From Gammaproteobacteria bacterium (GTDB lineage: Bacteria > Pseudomonadota > Gammaproteobacteria > JBCCGL01): a stretch of DNA of 64,000 bases. The notes below the pieces were generated by a model that was given only the letters and a program-made list of their open reading frames with translations, did no database searches and was not told the origin of the DNA. The position numbers were made by a program, and so were the translations under genes. Position 1 is the first letter of the stretch. Each line of letters opens with the position of its first letter. Below, one piece after another: positions 28,774 through 39,657 of the stretch. The DNA lies in the NCBI GenBank assembly GCA_965277715.1, contig OZ255836.1, forward strand, positions 4,160,001 through 4,224,000. Direction: 5' to 3'.

Positions 28774-30524
28774 AAAAGCCCGTCGCCATTATTGTGCCCA
28801 CCGGTCGTCGCCTGCTGGTATTCGCGCTGGTGTTTGCCCTGGGCGGCGTACTGGTGGCGCGCGCGGTCGATTTACACGTGCGCGACCGGGATTTTTTGCA
28901 AAACGAAGGTGAGGCGCGTCAGCACCGGGTGGTGTCGGTCCCCGCGCATCGGGGCATGCTACAGGATCGTCACGGTGAGCCGCTGGCCATCAGCACGCCG
29001 GTCGATACGCTGTGGGCGGAACCGGATAAAGTATTGAAAAGTCAACAACTCAAGGCCCTGGCGAGCGCGCTGGAGTTGTCACTGAATGGCCTGAAGAAAA
29101 AACTGCGCGACAGTAAAAGCCGGTCTTTTGTCTACCTGCGCCGCCATGTCGACCCGGCACTGAGCGAGGCGGCGATGGCACTGGCGATCGATGGGGTACA
29201 CGTGCGCCGCGAATACCGGCGCTATTACCCGGCGGGCGAAGTGGCCGCGCACCTGCTCGGCTTTACCGATATTGACGACAAAGGCCTGGAAGGGCTGGAG
29301 CTGGCCTACAACGACTGGCTGGCGGGCAAACCCGGCGCGAGGCGGGTGATCCGTGACCGCCTGGGGCGAGCCATTGAGGATATAGAGAGCATTCGTCCGG
29401 TACGCCCGGGTAAGGATCTACAACTCAGTATCGACAAACGCCTGCAATACGTCGCCTACCGGGAGCTGCAACTGGCGTTGCAAAAGCACGGTGCACACGC
29501 TGCATCCGCCGTGGTGATGGATGTGCACAGTGGCGAGGTGTTGGCGATTGTCAACCAGCCCGCCTATAACCCGAATCGACGCAGTGCGCGCAGTGGGCCA
29601 CAGTCGCGTAACCGGGTGGTGACCGATGTGCTGGAGCCCGGTTCAACAATGAAACCCATCACCCTGGCAGCGGCACTGGAATCGGGGGATTATCAACCCA
29701 GTGTTATTATCGAAACGGCACCGGGTTTCTACAAAATTGGTCGACACCAGGTAAAAGACCACGAAAACTACGGTGACCTGGATCTGATCGGTATCATGCG
29801 CAAATCGAGTAATGTCGGCGCCAGCAAAATCGCCCTATCGCTGAACCCACAGCAAATGTGGTCGGTATTTAATGACTTTGGTTTTGGTGTGAGTACCGGC
29901 AGTGGTTTTCCTGGCGAATCATCTGGCACACTCAACCACGCCGCCCAATGGGGGCGCATTGAGCAGGCGACCCTGTCATTTGGCTACGGTTTGGCGATAA
30001 CGCCATTGCAGCTAGTGCGCGCTTACAGCGCGATTGCGGCCGATGGTGTCCTGCCTGAAGTCAGCTTTTTGAAAGTGGACAATGCTGTACGTGGAAAACG
30101 CATCATCTCCGCCAGGACGGCGCGCCAACTGCGCAATATGCTGGCGTCGGTGGTGCAGGATGGCGGTACGGGCACCCGTGCCAACGTACTCGGTTACCGG
30201 GTGGCGGGTAAAACGGGCACATCGCGAAAATCCCAACAGGGTGGTTACTCAGAAGACCGCTATATGGCCTTGTTTGCCGGGTTTGCCCCACTCAGCCAGC
30301 CCGAGGTGGCGGTGGTGGTGGTGGTCGATGAACCCACTATCGGCGGGTTTTACGGCGGGGTTGTCGCCGCTCCGGTATTTTCCAACATCATGGCCAGCGC
30401 ACTGCGCCTGCGTGGTTCGCTACCGGATAACTGGAGTGCGGATATACAGCCGTTGAGCCGCCTGGATAATCACCTGGATAACCACCCGGATAGCCACTTG
30501 AAACAGGCAGGGGGTGGCGTGTGA
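28770..30524 (+). CDS. ftsI: Peptidoglycan D,D-transpeptidase PBP3
   Basis: EPGSTMK (SxxK), KSSNVG (SxN), GKTGT. Confidence 0.97.
   Translation: MKKPVAIIVPTGRRLLVFALVFALGGVLVARAVDLHVRDRDFLQNEGEARQHRVVSVPAHRGMLQDRHGEPLAISTPVDTLWAEPDKVLKSQQLKALASALELSLNGLKKKLRDSKSRSFVYLRRHVDPALSEAAMALAIDGVHVRREYRRYYPAGEVAAHLLGFTDIDDKGLEGLELAYNDWLAGKPGARRVIRDRLGRAIEDIESIRPVRPGKDLQLSIDKRLQYVAYRELQLALQKHGAHAASAVVMDVHSGEVLAIVNQPAYNPNRRSARSGPQSRNRVVTDVLEPGSTMKPITLAAALESGDYQPSVIIETAPGFYKIGRHQVKDHENYGDLDLIGIMRKSSNVGASKIALSLNPQQMWSVFNDFGFGVSTGSGFPGESSGTLNHAAQWGRIEQATLSFGYGLAITPLQLVRAYSAIAADGVLPEVSFLKVDNAVRGKRIISARTARQLRNMLASVVQDGGTGTRANVLGYRVAGKTGTSRKSQQGGYSEDRYMALFAGFAPLSQPEVAVVVVVDEPTIGGFYGGVVAAPVFSNIMASALRLRGSLPDNWSADIQPLSRLDNHLDNHPDSHLKQAGGGV
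30461..30496 (+). repeat. In-frame 12-bp tandem repeat x3 at the ftsI 3' end
   Basis: cctggataatca cctggataacca cccggatagcca (LDNH LDNH PDSH). Confidence 0.8.
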
Positions 30525-32062
30525 TGGCGGCTTTACAAATGCCGGTAACCCCATTGCTGAGCAACCTGGTCGACGGCATAGTCGACGCCACCACACTGAC
30601 TGCCGTGCCTGTTTCAGGCGTGGCACTGGACAGCCGGAAACTGGCGCCCGGTTATGTGTTTTTCGCCTTGGCAGGTGCCCGGCAGCACGGCCTCGATTAC
30701 TTCGATGCAGCGATAGCGGCAGATGTTGCCGCGATTCTGGTCGATGCGGGGGATGCGCGTTGCAGCACACAATTGCAATTGCGCGCCGCCAGTGCGGGCG
30801 TTGCGTTGCTGCCCGTCCCCGCACTTGCCGAACAAGTGGGGGTGATCGCGTCGCGTTTTTTCGCGCAGCCATCGCAGTCGATGACCGTTATCGGGGTGAC
30901 TGGCACGGACGGTAAAACATCGGTCAGCCAGTACATCGCGCAGGCTTTACAGCGTAAAAACAACCCTTGTGGGGTGATTGGTACACTCGGTAATGGTATC
31001 TTCGACAACGATAAGCCGGGCGCACTCACCGACAGCGGCCTGACAACCCCCGATGCCGTCTCGGTGCAACACACGCTGGCCGGTTTCCAGCAGCGCAACA
31101 TCACCCAGGTAGCGATGGAGGTGTCCTCACATGCCTTATCGCAAGGGCGTGTTAACGGTGTCGCGTTCGATGTCGCGGTACTCACCAACTTGGGGCGCGA
31201 CCACCTCGACTACCACCAGACACTGGAAAACTACCACGCGGCAAAATGGCGGCTAATACAAGCGGACAGCGTGCGCACGGCGGTGGTTAATATCGATGAC
31301 CCGGTGGTGCGCCACTGCCTGGCAGGACACCGCAAAACCAATGTTATCCGTTACGCCACAGACCCGGCGCAACGTGCCGATGCCGATATATTCGCCGAGG
31401 ATATTGTGCTCACCGGGCAGGGCATCAGCATGACCGTTATATATGCCCAGCAGTGCCTGCCGTTGCACAGCCCACTGATTGGCCACTTTAATGTCAGCAA
31501 CCTATTGGCGACATTTGCCACCCTGTGCGCACTGGGGGTTGACGCGCATGACAGTGTTGCGCGCTTGGCCGGGCTGCGCGCCGTACCTGGCCGTGCCGAG
31601 CGCTTTTCCGCCGGGCATTGTGCGACAGCGGTAGTGGACTACTCGCATACACCCCAGGCACTGGAGGCGATCCTGCGCAGTATGCGCAGCCATTGCACGG
31701 GAGCGCTGTGGTGCCTGTTCGGCTGCGGTGGAGACCGCGACAGTGGCAAGCGTGCACCCATGGGGGCTGTCGCTGAAAACCTCGCCGATTGTCTGGTCAT
31801 TACCGATGACAACCCGCGCCATGAAGATGGCGACCAGATTGTCCGGGATATTGTCAGTGGTTTGAAAAACCCTGATGCGGCCACCATTGAGCGCGACCGG
31901 GAACAGGCGATTCGCAGCGTTTTGCGCCAGGCACGCCCGGAGGATTGGGTGGTGATCGCCGGAAAAGGGCACGAAGACTACCAAATTATCGGCGATCAAC
32001 GCATCGACCTCTCCGACAGAGACATCGTCACCGCCGCGATGCGGGAGCCTGGCAGTGCTTGA
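30521..32062 (+). CDS. murE: UDP-MurNAc-dipeptide:meso-DAP ligase
   Basis: GVTGTDGKTS, MEVSSH, DHLDYH, DDNPR (DAP specificity), GKGHEDYQ. Confidence 0.97.
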   Translation: MMAALQMPVTPLLSNLVDGIVDATTLTAVPVSGVALDSRKLAPGYVFFALAGARQHGLDYFDAAIAADVAAILVDAGDARCSTQLQLRAASAGVALLPVPALAEQVGVIASRFFAQPSQSMTVIGVTGTDGKTSVSQYIAQALQRKNNPCGVIGTLGNGIFDNDKPGALTDSGLTTPDAVSVQHTLAGFQQRNITQVAMEVSSHALSQGRVNGVAFDVAVLTNLGRDHLDYHQTLENYHAAKWRLIQADSVRTAVVNIDDPVVRHCLAGHRKTNVIRYATDPAQRADADIFAEDIVLTGQGISMTVIYAQQCLPLHSPLIGHFNVSNLLATFATLCALGVDAHDSVARLAGLRAVPGRAERFSAGHCATAVVDYSHTPQALEAILRSMRSHCTGALWCLFGCGGDRDSGKRAPMGAVAENLADCLVITDDNPRHEDGDQIVRDIVSGLKNPDAATIERDREQAIRSVLRQARPEDWVVIAGKGHEDYQIIGDQRIDLSDRDIVTAAMREPGSA

Positions 32063-33434
32063 CCTCGACCTACAAACCTGCGCCAGTGCCATGCCCCCTG
32101 AACTGGATGCACAACTGATCGGCGATAATGTGACATTTACCAGCGTCAGCACCGATACGCGCACCCTGCAAGCGGGCCAACTACTGGTCGCGCTACAGGG
32201 TGAGCGCTTTGACGCGCACGACAAAATCGATGCACAGACTGCCAAAACAGCCAGTGCGCTGGTGGTGGGCAAACGCCTGCCACACGCTGTGCCGCAATTG
32301 CTGGTTAACGACACACTGCGCGCACTCGGGGATATTGCCAGCCAGTGGCGGCAGCGCTTAAAGACAACCGTGATTGCCATCACCGGTAGCAACGGCAAGA
32401 CCACAACCAAAGAAATGACCGCGTCGATACTGCGCCAATGCGGCGCTGTGTTCGCCACGCGGGGCAACCTGAATAACGCCATCGGTATGCCGCTATCGTT
32501 GCTGTCTATCGACACGCAGGATGATTTTGCCGTGCTTGAACTCGGTGCCAGCCACCGGGGTGAGATCGATTACCTGGCCGCGATTGCACAGCCGCAGGTG
32601 GCACTGGTAAACAACGCCGGGCCGTCACACCTGGAAGGCTTTGGTTCACTGGACGGCGTGGCGAGTGCCAAAGGCGAGATTTATGCACACCTGCCCGCTG
32701 ACGGTATCGCTATTGTCAATGTCGACGACCACTACGCCCAACAGTGGCGTGACTGTGCGGGTGACCGAACAGTAATGGGGTTTGGTTTCGCCGAAACCGC
32801 TGATGTGCGCGGCTCGATCAATGCCAATAACGACTTGCGTATTGATTACCAGGGCGCCTCTACCACCCTCACACTCCCCCTGCCGGGGCGGCATAATGCG
32901 ATGAATGCATTGGCCGCCGCCGCCGCCGCCATCGCAGTGGGCGCCTCATTGGCAGATATCGCCACTGGCCTCGCCACGGTTGAGCCCAGCAGTGGCCGAC
33001 TCGAATTCAAACCCGGTATTGGCGGCGTACAGCTCATTGACGACACCTATAACGCCAACCCTGGCTCACTGGGCGCCGGTCTCAGTGTGCTGTGTGATAA
33101 CGCCCAGGCGGGCACCTGGTGTGTGTTGGGGGATATGCGCGAGCTGGGAGAGGACAGCGCCACCCTGCACCGTGAAATGGGGGCGAGCGCCAGGCAAACA
33201 GGTGTCGGCCAACTGTTGGCGATAGGTGAATTTGCCGCTGAAACTGTCAGTGGGTTTGGGCCGGGTGGTCGCCTGTTTGACTCACTTGATGCCTTATTAC
33301 ACTACCTGAAAACACAACTGCAAGCCGGTGATAGAGTCCTGGTAAAAGGCTCGCGGGGTGCACGCATGGAGCGTGTTGTCGCGGCACTCGTTGAAAATAA
33401 TAACAATAATAATCAACCTGCGGGGCAACCCTGA
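32055..33434 (+). CDS. murF: UDP-MurNAc-tripeptide:D-Ala-D-Ala ligase
   Basis: [28 protein letters not shown]. Confidence 0.97.
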   Translation: MLDLDLQTCASAMPPELDAQLIGDNVTFTSVSTDTRTLQAGQLLVALQGERFDAHDKIDAQTAKTASALVVGKRLPHAVPQLLVNDTLRALGDIASQWRQRLKTTVIAITGSNGKTTTKEMTASILRQCGAVFATRGNLNNAIGMPLSLLSIDTQDDFAVLELGASHRGEIDYLAAIAQPQVALVNNAGPSHLEGFGSLDGVASAKGEIYAHLPADGIAIVNVDDHYAQQWRDCAGDRTVMGFGFAETADVRGSINANNDLRIDYQGASTTLTLPLPGRHNAMNALAAAAAAIAVGASLADIATGLATVEPSSGRLEFKPGIGGVQLIDDTYNANPGSLGAGLSVLCDNAQAGTWCVLGDMRELGEDSATLHREMGASARQTGVGQLLAIGEFAAETVSGFGPGGRLFDSLDALLHYLKTQLQAGDRVLVKGSRGARMERVVAALVENNNNNNQPAGQP

Positions 33435-33436
33435 CA

Positions 33437-34519
33437 ATGTTACTGTGGCTGTTTGACTACCTCACCCTGATTGACGACGGCTTTGCCGTGTTTCGCTACC
33501 TCACCCTGCGTGGCGTACTCAGTGCGCTGACCGCGCTGGTGATCTCACTGCTGATCGGCCCGTGGCTAATCCGCAAACTGAACCAGGCCAATGTCGGTCA
33601 ATCGGTGCGTGATGACGGCCCACAGTCGCACCTGCAAAAACAAGGCACACCGACGATGGGGGGCGCACTGATTCTGGTGGCGGTGGTTATCAGCACCCTG
33701 CTGTGGTCAGACCTCGCTGTACGGCAGGTCTGGGTCGTACTGCTAAGCACCCTCGGCTTTGGCTTGATTGGCTGGGTCGACGATTATAAAAAAGTAGCGC
33801 TGGGCAATGCCAAAGGCCTGTCCGCCGGGAGCAAATACTTCTGGCAATCGGTGTTTGCACTGGCGGCGGCGGCCTATCTGTACGCCTCAGCGACCAACCC
33901 CAGCGAGACCACCCTAATCGTCCCGTTCTTTAAAGATGTCGCCTGGAATATGGGGTGGTTATTTATCCCGTTTGCCTATTTTGTCATTGTCGGTAGCAGC
34001 AATGCGGTCAACCTGACCGACGGCCTCGATGGCCTGGCGATCCTGCCCACCGTGATGGTGGCCGGGGCACTTGGCATTATCGCCTACGTGACGGGCCATG
34101 CTGTGTTCTCCAGCTACCTGGTGATCCCGCACATTGTCGGTGTCGGTGAACTGATTGTTATCTGCGGTGCACTGGCGGGGGCCGGTTTGGGCTTTTTGTG
34201 GTTTAACACCTACCCGGCACAGGTGTTTATGGGGGATGTCGGCGCGCTGGCGCTGGGTGCTGCACTGGGTACGGTCGCTATTGTCGTGCGCCAGGAACTG
34301 GTGTTTTTTGTCATGGCCGGTGTATTTGTTATGGAAACAGTATCGGTGATCTTGCAGGTTGCATCCTTCAAACTAACCGGCAAACGCATTTTTAAAATGG
34401 CGCCCCTACACCACCACTTTGAACTTAAAGGGTGGCCAGAGCCTCGGGTGATTGTGCGCTTCTGGATTATTACCGTGATTCTGGTGCTGGTTGGCCTGTC
34501 CACCCTGAAGATTCGCTGA
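33437..34519 (+). CDS. mraY: Phospho-MurNAc-pentapeptide transferase
   Basis: [33 protein letters not shown]. Confidence 0.98.
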   Translation: MLLWLFDYLTLIDDGFAVFRYLTLRGVLSALTALVISLLIGPWLIRKLNQANVGQSVRDDGPQSHLQKQGTPTMGGALILVAVVISTLLWSDLAVRQVWVVLLSTLGFGLIGWVDDYKKVALGNAKGLSAGSKYFWQSVFALAAAAYLYASATNPSETTLIVPFFKDVAWNMGWLFIPFAYFVIVGSSNAVNLTDGLDGLAILPTVMVAGALGIIAYVTGHAVFSSYLVIPHIVGVGELIVICGALAGAGLGFLWFNTYPAQVFMGDVGALALGAALGTVAIVVRQELVFFVMAGVFVMETVSVILQVASFKLTGKRIFKMAPLHHHFELKGWPEPRVIVRFWIITVILVLVGLSTLKIR

Positions 34520-35934
34520 TGACTGGCCTCGACCTTAACAAGCGTTACCTGATTATCGGTGCCGGTGTCACCGGGCAATCGGTGGTGCGCTATTTTCAGC
34601 GCTGTGGCGCCTCGTTTGCGCTGGTCGATTCGCGCCATCCGCTACCGGCATTGGATCAGGCCGTACTGGAAGGGGTCGAGGTATTCAGTGGTAGCTTTAC
34701 GGCCTGCCTGGATACGCAGTTTGATGTGCTGGTGGTCAGCCCTGGCGTGTCGTTGCAAACCCCCGAGATAGTGCAGGCAAGGCAACGCGGCGCCGAGATT
34801 ATTGGCGATATCGAATTGTTCGCACGGGCTGTCAATGCCCGTGCGTATAACAACCCACAGGCGCAGGCACACATCGTTGCCGTCACCGGCGCCAACGGCA
34901 AGAGCACGGTGGTCAGTATGCTCGGTGAAATACTCGCGGCAGCCAATATCAACGTCGCCGTGGGTGGTAACCTCGGCCCGCCCGCGCTGGATTTGCTCGA
35001 TACGGATCAGCCATCGACGGGGCAACCGGGTGATGAGTCCAGTGGGCAAATGCCGGTTGCGGTCTATGTACTCGAACTGTCGAGCTTTCAACTGGAAACA
35101 ACGTATTCACTGCAAGTGGCCGTCGCCAGCGTCTTGAACATCAGTGAAGACCATATGGATCGCTATACCACGCTGGATGAATACGCCCGTGTGAAGCGGC
35201 AAATTTATCGGCATGCGCAGTGCTGTGTGTACAACGCAGAAGACCCGCTGACCTGGCCCGACATGGATAAAAACAGCCTTGCGTTTGCGCGCAATGACCA
35301 GCATGGCGCGGCTTTTTTTATTGCAGGCAGTGCGCTGATGCACGGTGACCGTGAAGTGATGTCGGCAGACACACTCGGCGTGCCGGGTGGGCACAACGCG
35401 ATCAACGCCCTCACCGCAATAGCGCTGAGCAGTGCCCTGGTCGCTAACCAGATAACCAACCTGGCAGTAGCGGACACAGCGATACGCACGGGCTTACAGC
35501 GCTTCACCGGCCTGCCGCACCGCACCGAGCTGATCGCCGAAAAAGATGGCGTGGGCTGGTACAACGACTCCAAAGGCACCAATGTCGGCGCAACCCTGGC
35601 GGCGATTACGGGCATGTCGCGCCCCGTGGTGTTGATTGCCGGGGGTGACGGTAAGGGCGCAGACTTTTCGCCACTGGCAGAAGTTGCCGAAAAACACCTG
35701 CGCGCCGCCGTACTGATTGGCCGGGACGGGCCACTTATCGAACAGCAGTTACACGGCAAAACACCTGTCTACCACGCAGCGGACATGCACGCGGCGGTCG
35801 GCTGCGCCCGGCAAATTGCCAATACAGGTGACAATGTACTGCTGTCACCTGCCTGTGCCAGTTTTGATATGTACCGCAATTACACCGCGCGTGGCGATGC
35901 GTTTGTCGCGGCGGTAAAGCAGGTGCTGGCATGA
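34519..35934 (+). CDS. murD: UDP-MurNAc-L-Ala:D-Glu ligase
   Basis: VTGANGKSTV, LELSSFQLE, NDSKGTN, LSPACASFD; start at ATG 34519. Confidence 0.97.
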   Translation: MTGLDLNKRYLIIGAGVTGQSVVRYFQRCGASFALVDSRHPLPALDQAVLEGVEVFSGSFTACLDTQFDVLVVSPGVSLQTPEIVQARQRGAEIIGDIELFARAVNARAYNNPQAQAHIVAVTGANGKSTVVSMLGEILAAANINVAVGGNLGPPALDLLDTDQPSTGQPGDESSGQMPVAVYVLELSSFQLETTYSLQVAVASVLNISEDHMDRYTTLDEYARVKRQIYRHAQCCVYNAEDPLTWPDMDKNSLAFARNDQHGAAFFIAGSALMHGDREVMSADTLGVPGGHNAINALTAIALSSALVANQITNLAVADTAIRTGLQRFTGLPHRTELIAEKDGVGWYNDSKGTNVGATLAAITGMSRPVVLIAGGDGKGADFSPLAEVAEKHLRAAVLIGRDGPLIEQQLHGKTPVYHAADMHAAVGCARQIANTGDNVLLSPACASFDMYRNYTARGDAFVAAVKQVLA

Positions 35935-37136
35935 CGTTACTGTTTGCCGACCGCGCAGTGACGCGAGCGCCATCAGGCAGCGTCCCGACAATCGATTGGC
36001 CGCTGTTATTGATTGTCACCACACTGACGCTATTGGGCTTATTGATGGTGATGTCCGCGTCGCTGTCGATTGCCGAGCGGGCCCACCAGGATGGGTTTTT
36101 CTACTTCAAACGGCAGTTGTTGTTTATCTGCATTGCCGTGCTGTCTGGCTGGGTTTTGTTCCAGATAAAAATGGCCAACTGGCAACGCTTTAGTGGCGTC
36201 CTGCTGTTGATTGCGCTGCTGCTGGCCGTTGCCGTATTAGTGCCGGGCATCGGCAAAACCGTCAACGGTAGCAGCCGTTGGCTGAGCACCGGCGTGTTCA
36301 ATTTTCAGGTGTCGGAAGCTGTCAAATTTCTCACCCTAATCTATATCGCCGGTTACCTGGTGCGCCGCAGTGAAGAGCTGCGCTCGACCTGGTTTGGTTT
36401 TTTTAAACCCATCGCGGTGCTGTGCGTGATCGCCGTGCTATTGATGCTGGAGCCGGATTTTGGCGCCACAGTGGTGATTATGGCCAGCGCTATGGGGGTA
36501 ATGTTTTTGGGCGGAGTGCGCTTTGGCCAGTTCTTCGTACTGATTGTGTTGTTTACCGGCTCAGTGGTGGCACTGGCCATCACCTCACCCTACCGCTTAC
36601 AGCGCATCACCAGTTTTCTCAACCCCTGGGAAGATCCCTACAACAGCGGTTTTCAGTTAACCCAATCGCTGATCGCCATCGGCAGTGGTGCCTGGACAGG
36701 CCTGGGTCTGGGGGGCAGCGTGCAAAAACTGTTCTACCTGCCCGAGGCGCATACCGACTTTCTCTTCGCCGTACTGGCCGAGGAACTGGGCCTGGTGGGG
36801 TCACTGCTGGTGATTGCACTGTATGCGGCGTTCGTGTTTCGCGCCTTTGCCATCGCCGGGCGTGCGCAGCGCGTTGGCAACCCGTTTGCCACCTACGTCG
36901 CGCTCGGTTTTGGCCTGTGGCTGACAATACAGTCGTTTATCAATATAGGGGTCAACATGGGCATTTTACCGACCAAAGGGTTGACCCTGCCACTGATGAG
37001 CTACGGTGGCAGCAGCCTGTTGATGACGGCGGCAGTGGTGGCGATATTACTGCGTATTGCCCACGAGACAGCACTGGCTGAAACCCAGGCACTGCGCCGT
37101 AATAAGCGCAAAAAGCCTGAGAGGGAGACACAATGA
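35931..37136 (+). CDS. ftsW: SEDS peptidoglycan glycosyltransferase FtsW
   Basis: NGSSRW, EPDFG, LPEAHTDF, PTKGLTLPLMSYGGSS. Confidence 0.97.
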   Translation: MTLLFADRAVTRAPSGSVPTIDWPLLLIVTTLTLLGLLMVMSASLSIAERAHQDGFFYFKRQLLFICIAVLSGWVLFQIKMANWQRFSGVLLLIALLLAVAVLVPGIGKTVNGSSRWLSTGVFNFQVSEAVKFLTLIYIAGYLVRRSEELRSTWFGFFKPIAVLCVIAVLLMLEPDFGATVVIMASAMGVMFLGGVRFGQFFVLIVLFTGSVVALAITSPYRLQRITSFLNPWEDPYNSGFQLTQSLIAIGSGAWTGLGLGGSVQKLFYLPEAHTDFLFAVLAEELGLVGSLLVIALYAAFVFRAFAIAGRAQRVGNPFATYVALGFGLWLTIQSFINIGVNMGILPTKGLTLPLMSYGGSSLLMTAAVVAILLRIAHETALAETQALRRNKRKKPERETQ

Positions 37137-38209
37137 GCCCGGCTGAACGGCCAGTAATGATCGCGGCGGGCGGCACCGGTGGGCACGTTATCCCCGCTCT
37201 GGAAGTGGCGCGGGTGCTGCGTGAACGCGGTGTGCCGGTGGTGTGGATGGGGACCCGTCGCGGCCTGGAGGCACGCCTGGTGCCCGCCGCCAATATCACT
37301 ATCGAGTGGGTCACTATCGAAGGGCTGCGTGGTAAGGGTGTGCTGTCACTGCTGTGCGCCCCGCTGCGCCTGCTGCGCGCCTGCCTGCAAGTGTGGCGGA
37401 TTTTGTATCGCAGGCAGCCGCGTGCGGTATTGGGCATGGGTGGGTTTGTCGCTGGTCCCAGCGGCCTGATGGCCTGGCTGACAGGGCGCCCACTGGTACT
37501 GCACGAACAAAATGCCATCGCCGGGATGACGAATAAATTACTCCGGCCACTCGCTAAACGGGTATTGCAGGCGATACCGGGCACCTTTGCCGCGCCCGCC
37601 GAAACGGTTGGCAACCCGGTGCGCCAGGCCATGTGTACCCAGCCGCTGCCCGCTGAGCGGCTGCGCAGTGGGGAAGAGGCGTTACACTTGCTGGTCGTGG
37701 GCGGTAGCCAGGGGGCGATGGCATTAAACCGTGTGCTGCCCGATGCGGTTGCGCGGCTCGACTGTGCGCTGTCTGTGCGCCATCAGGTGGGGGCGGGGCG
37801 TGCCACCGATACCCGGAGTGCCTATGCGGCGCACAATACCGCCACCGTACAGGTCGACGAATTTATCGACGATATGCCCGCCGCGCTGGCCTGGGCGGAT
37901 GTGGTGGTCTGCCGGAGCGGTGCCATGACAGTCGCCGAGCTGGCGGCGGTAGGCACTGCATCGATTTTAGTGCCGTTCCCACACGCGGTTGACGACCATC
38001 AAACCGCCAATGCACAGGCCTTGCTCACAGCGGGCGCGGCCATTCTATGCCAGGAGCGTGCGCTGAGCGCCGACTGGCTGGCAACACAATTACAAACACT
38101 TGCGCACGACCGCCCGCGCCTGCTGGCGATGGCGGAAAATGCCCGCCAACTGGCACAGCCGGGCGCGGCGCAACGGGTCGCCGACGTGGTATTGGAGGTG
38201 GCGCGATGA
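37133..38209 (+). CDS. murG: Lipid I N-acetylglucosaminyltransferase
   Basis: GGTGGHV.P, HEQN, GNPVR, GGSQGA, DDHQT.NA. Confidence 0.97.
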   Translation: MSPAERPVMIAAGGTGGHVIPALEVARVLRERGVPVVWMGTRRGLEARLVPAANITIEWVTIEGLRGKGVLSLLCAPLRLLRACLQVWRILYRRQPRAVLGMGGFVAGPSGLMAWLTGRPLVLHEQNAIAGMTNKLLRPLAKRVLQAIPGTFAAPAETVGNPVRQAMCTQPLPAERLRSGEEALHLLVVGGSQGAMALNRVLPDAVARLDCALSVRHQVGAGRATDTRSAYAAHNTATVQVDEFIDDMPAALAWADVVVCRSGAMTVAELAAVGTASILVPFPHAVDDHQTANAQALLTAGAAILCQERALSADWLATQLQTLAHDRPRLLAMAENARQLAQPGAAQRVADVVLEVAR

Positions 38210-39657
38210 GCTTATCGGTAACCGATGGAACCCCCTTTATGCAGCAGCGTATGCGCCGCCTGCACTTTGTCGGTATCGGGGGGGTCGGCATGGGCGGTAT
38301 CGCCGAAGTATTGCTCAACCTGGGCTACCAGGTGAGTGGTTCTGACCAGGCGGCCAACGCGCTCACCGAGCGCCTGCAAACACTGGGCGCCAGCGTGTAC
38401 ATCGGCCACGCGGCGGCGCATGTCGACAATAAAGATGTGCTGGTGGTATCGAGCGCGATCAGCGCCGACAACCCCGAGTTAGTGGCGGCGCGTGAACAGC
38501 GCATTCCGGTGTTGCCGCGTGCGGAAATGCTGGCGGAAATTATGCGCTTTCGACGCGGCATCGCGGTGGCGGGCACGCACGGTAAAACCACCACCACCAG
38601 CCTGGTCGCCAGCGTGCTGGCCGAGGGGGGGCTGGACCCCACGTATGTGATTGGTGGCCGCCTCAACAGCTCGGCCAGCAATGCACGGCTGGGCAGTTCG
38701 CAGTGGCTGGTGGCGGAGGCCGACGAGAGCGACGCCTCGTTTATGTACCTGCAACCGATGATTTCCATTATCACCAACGTCGATGTGGATCACCTGTCGA
38801 CCTATGGCGGAGACTTTGAACGCCTGCGGCAAACCTTTATTGAATTTCTCCACCACCTGCCATTTTATGGCCTCGCCATTGTGTGTACCGATGATGAAGA
38901 AGCGTGCAGCCTGCTGGGCAGCATAACCCGCCCGCTGCTGACCTACGGCATCGACAGCGAGGCGGATGTGCGCGCCAGCAACCTCTGCCAGCGGGAAATG
39001 CAAACGCACTTCGACGTGCGCCTGCCGAATGGGCAGATACTTACCGACATCACACTCAACCTGCCGGGTCGACACAATGTATTAAATGCCCTGGCAGCCA
39101 TTGCCGTGGGCTACGAGCTGGGGGTGAAGGGCTATGTGATGGCGCACGCACTGCACAATTTTGAAGGCATTGGTCGGCGCGTACAGATGTGTGGCCAGTT
39201 GCATTTTGAGGGTGGAGAGGCCACCTTGATCGACGACTATGGCCACCACCCACGGGAAGTGGCGGCAACCCTCAAGGCGATGCGCGATGCCTGGCCGACG
39301 CGGCGCCTGGTGGTGGTTTTTCAACCGCACCGCTATAGCCGCACGCGGGATCTGTTTGAAGACTTTACCCAGGTACTGGTCGAACCGGACGTACTGATTC
39401 TCAGCGAGGTCTACCCCGCCGGGGAGGCGGTTATTGCCAGCGCTGATGGCCGTGCGCTGGCGCGTGCGGTGCGTAATCGCGGCCTGGTCGACCCGATATT
39501 CATCGAAGACATAGAAAAACTGGCCGATACCCTGCGCAGCATTCTGCACGACGGTGACATCGTTTTGACGCTGGGGGCTGGGAATATTGGTGCCGTGGCG
39601 GCGGGCCTGCCGCATATTTTCACGAGCCATGAACAGGCAGCGGAGAACCACCCATGA
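38206..39657 (+). CDS. murC: UDP-MurNAc:L-Ala ligase
   Basis: HFVGIGGVGMGGIA, GTHGKTTTT, EADESD, DDYGHHP; start at ATG 38206. Confidence 0.97.
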   Translation: MSLSVTDGTPFMQQRMRRLHFVGIGGVGMGGIAEVLLNLGYQVSGSDQAANALTERLQTLGASVYIGHAAAHVDNKDVLVVSSAISADNPELVAAREQRIPVLPRAEMLAEIMRFRRGIAVAGTHGKTTTTSLVASVLAEGGLDPTYVIGGRLNSSASNARLGSSQWLVAEADESDASFMYLQPMISIITNVDVDHLSTYGGDFERLRQTFIEFLHHLPFYGLAIVCTDDEEACSLLGSITRPLLTYGIDSEADVRASNLCQREMQTHFDVRLPNGQILTDITLNLPGRHNVLNALAAIAVGYELGVKGYVMAHALHNFEGIGRRVQMCGQLHFEGGEATLIDDYGHHPREVAATLKAMRDAWPTRRLVVVFQPHRYSRTRDLFEDFTQVLVEPDVLILSEVYPAGEAVIASADGRALARAVRNRGLVDPIFIEDIEKLADTLRSILHDGDIVLTLGAGNIGAVAAGLPHIFTSHEQAAENHP

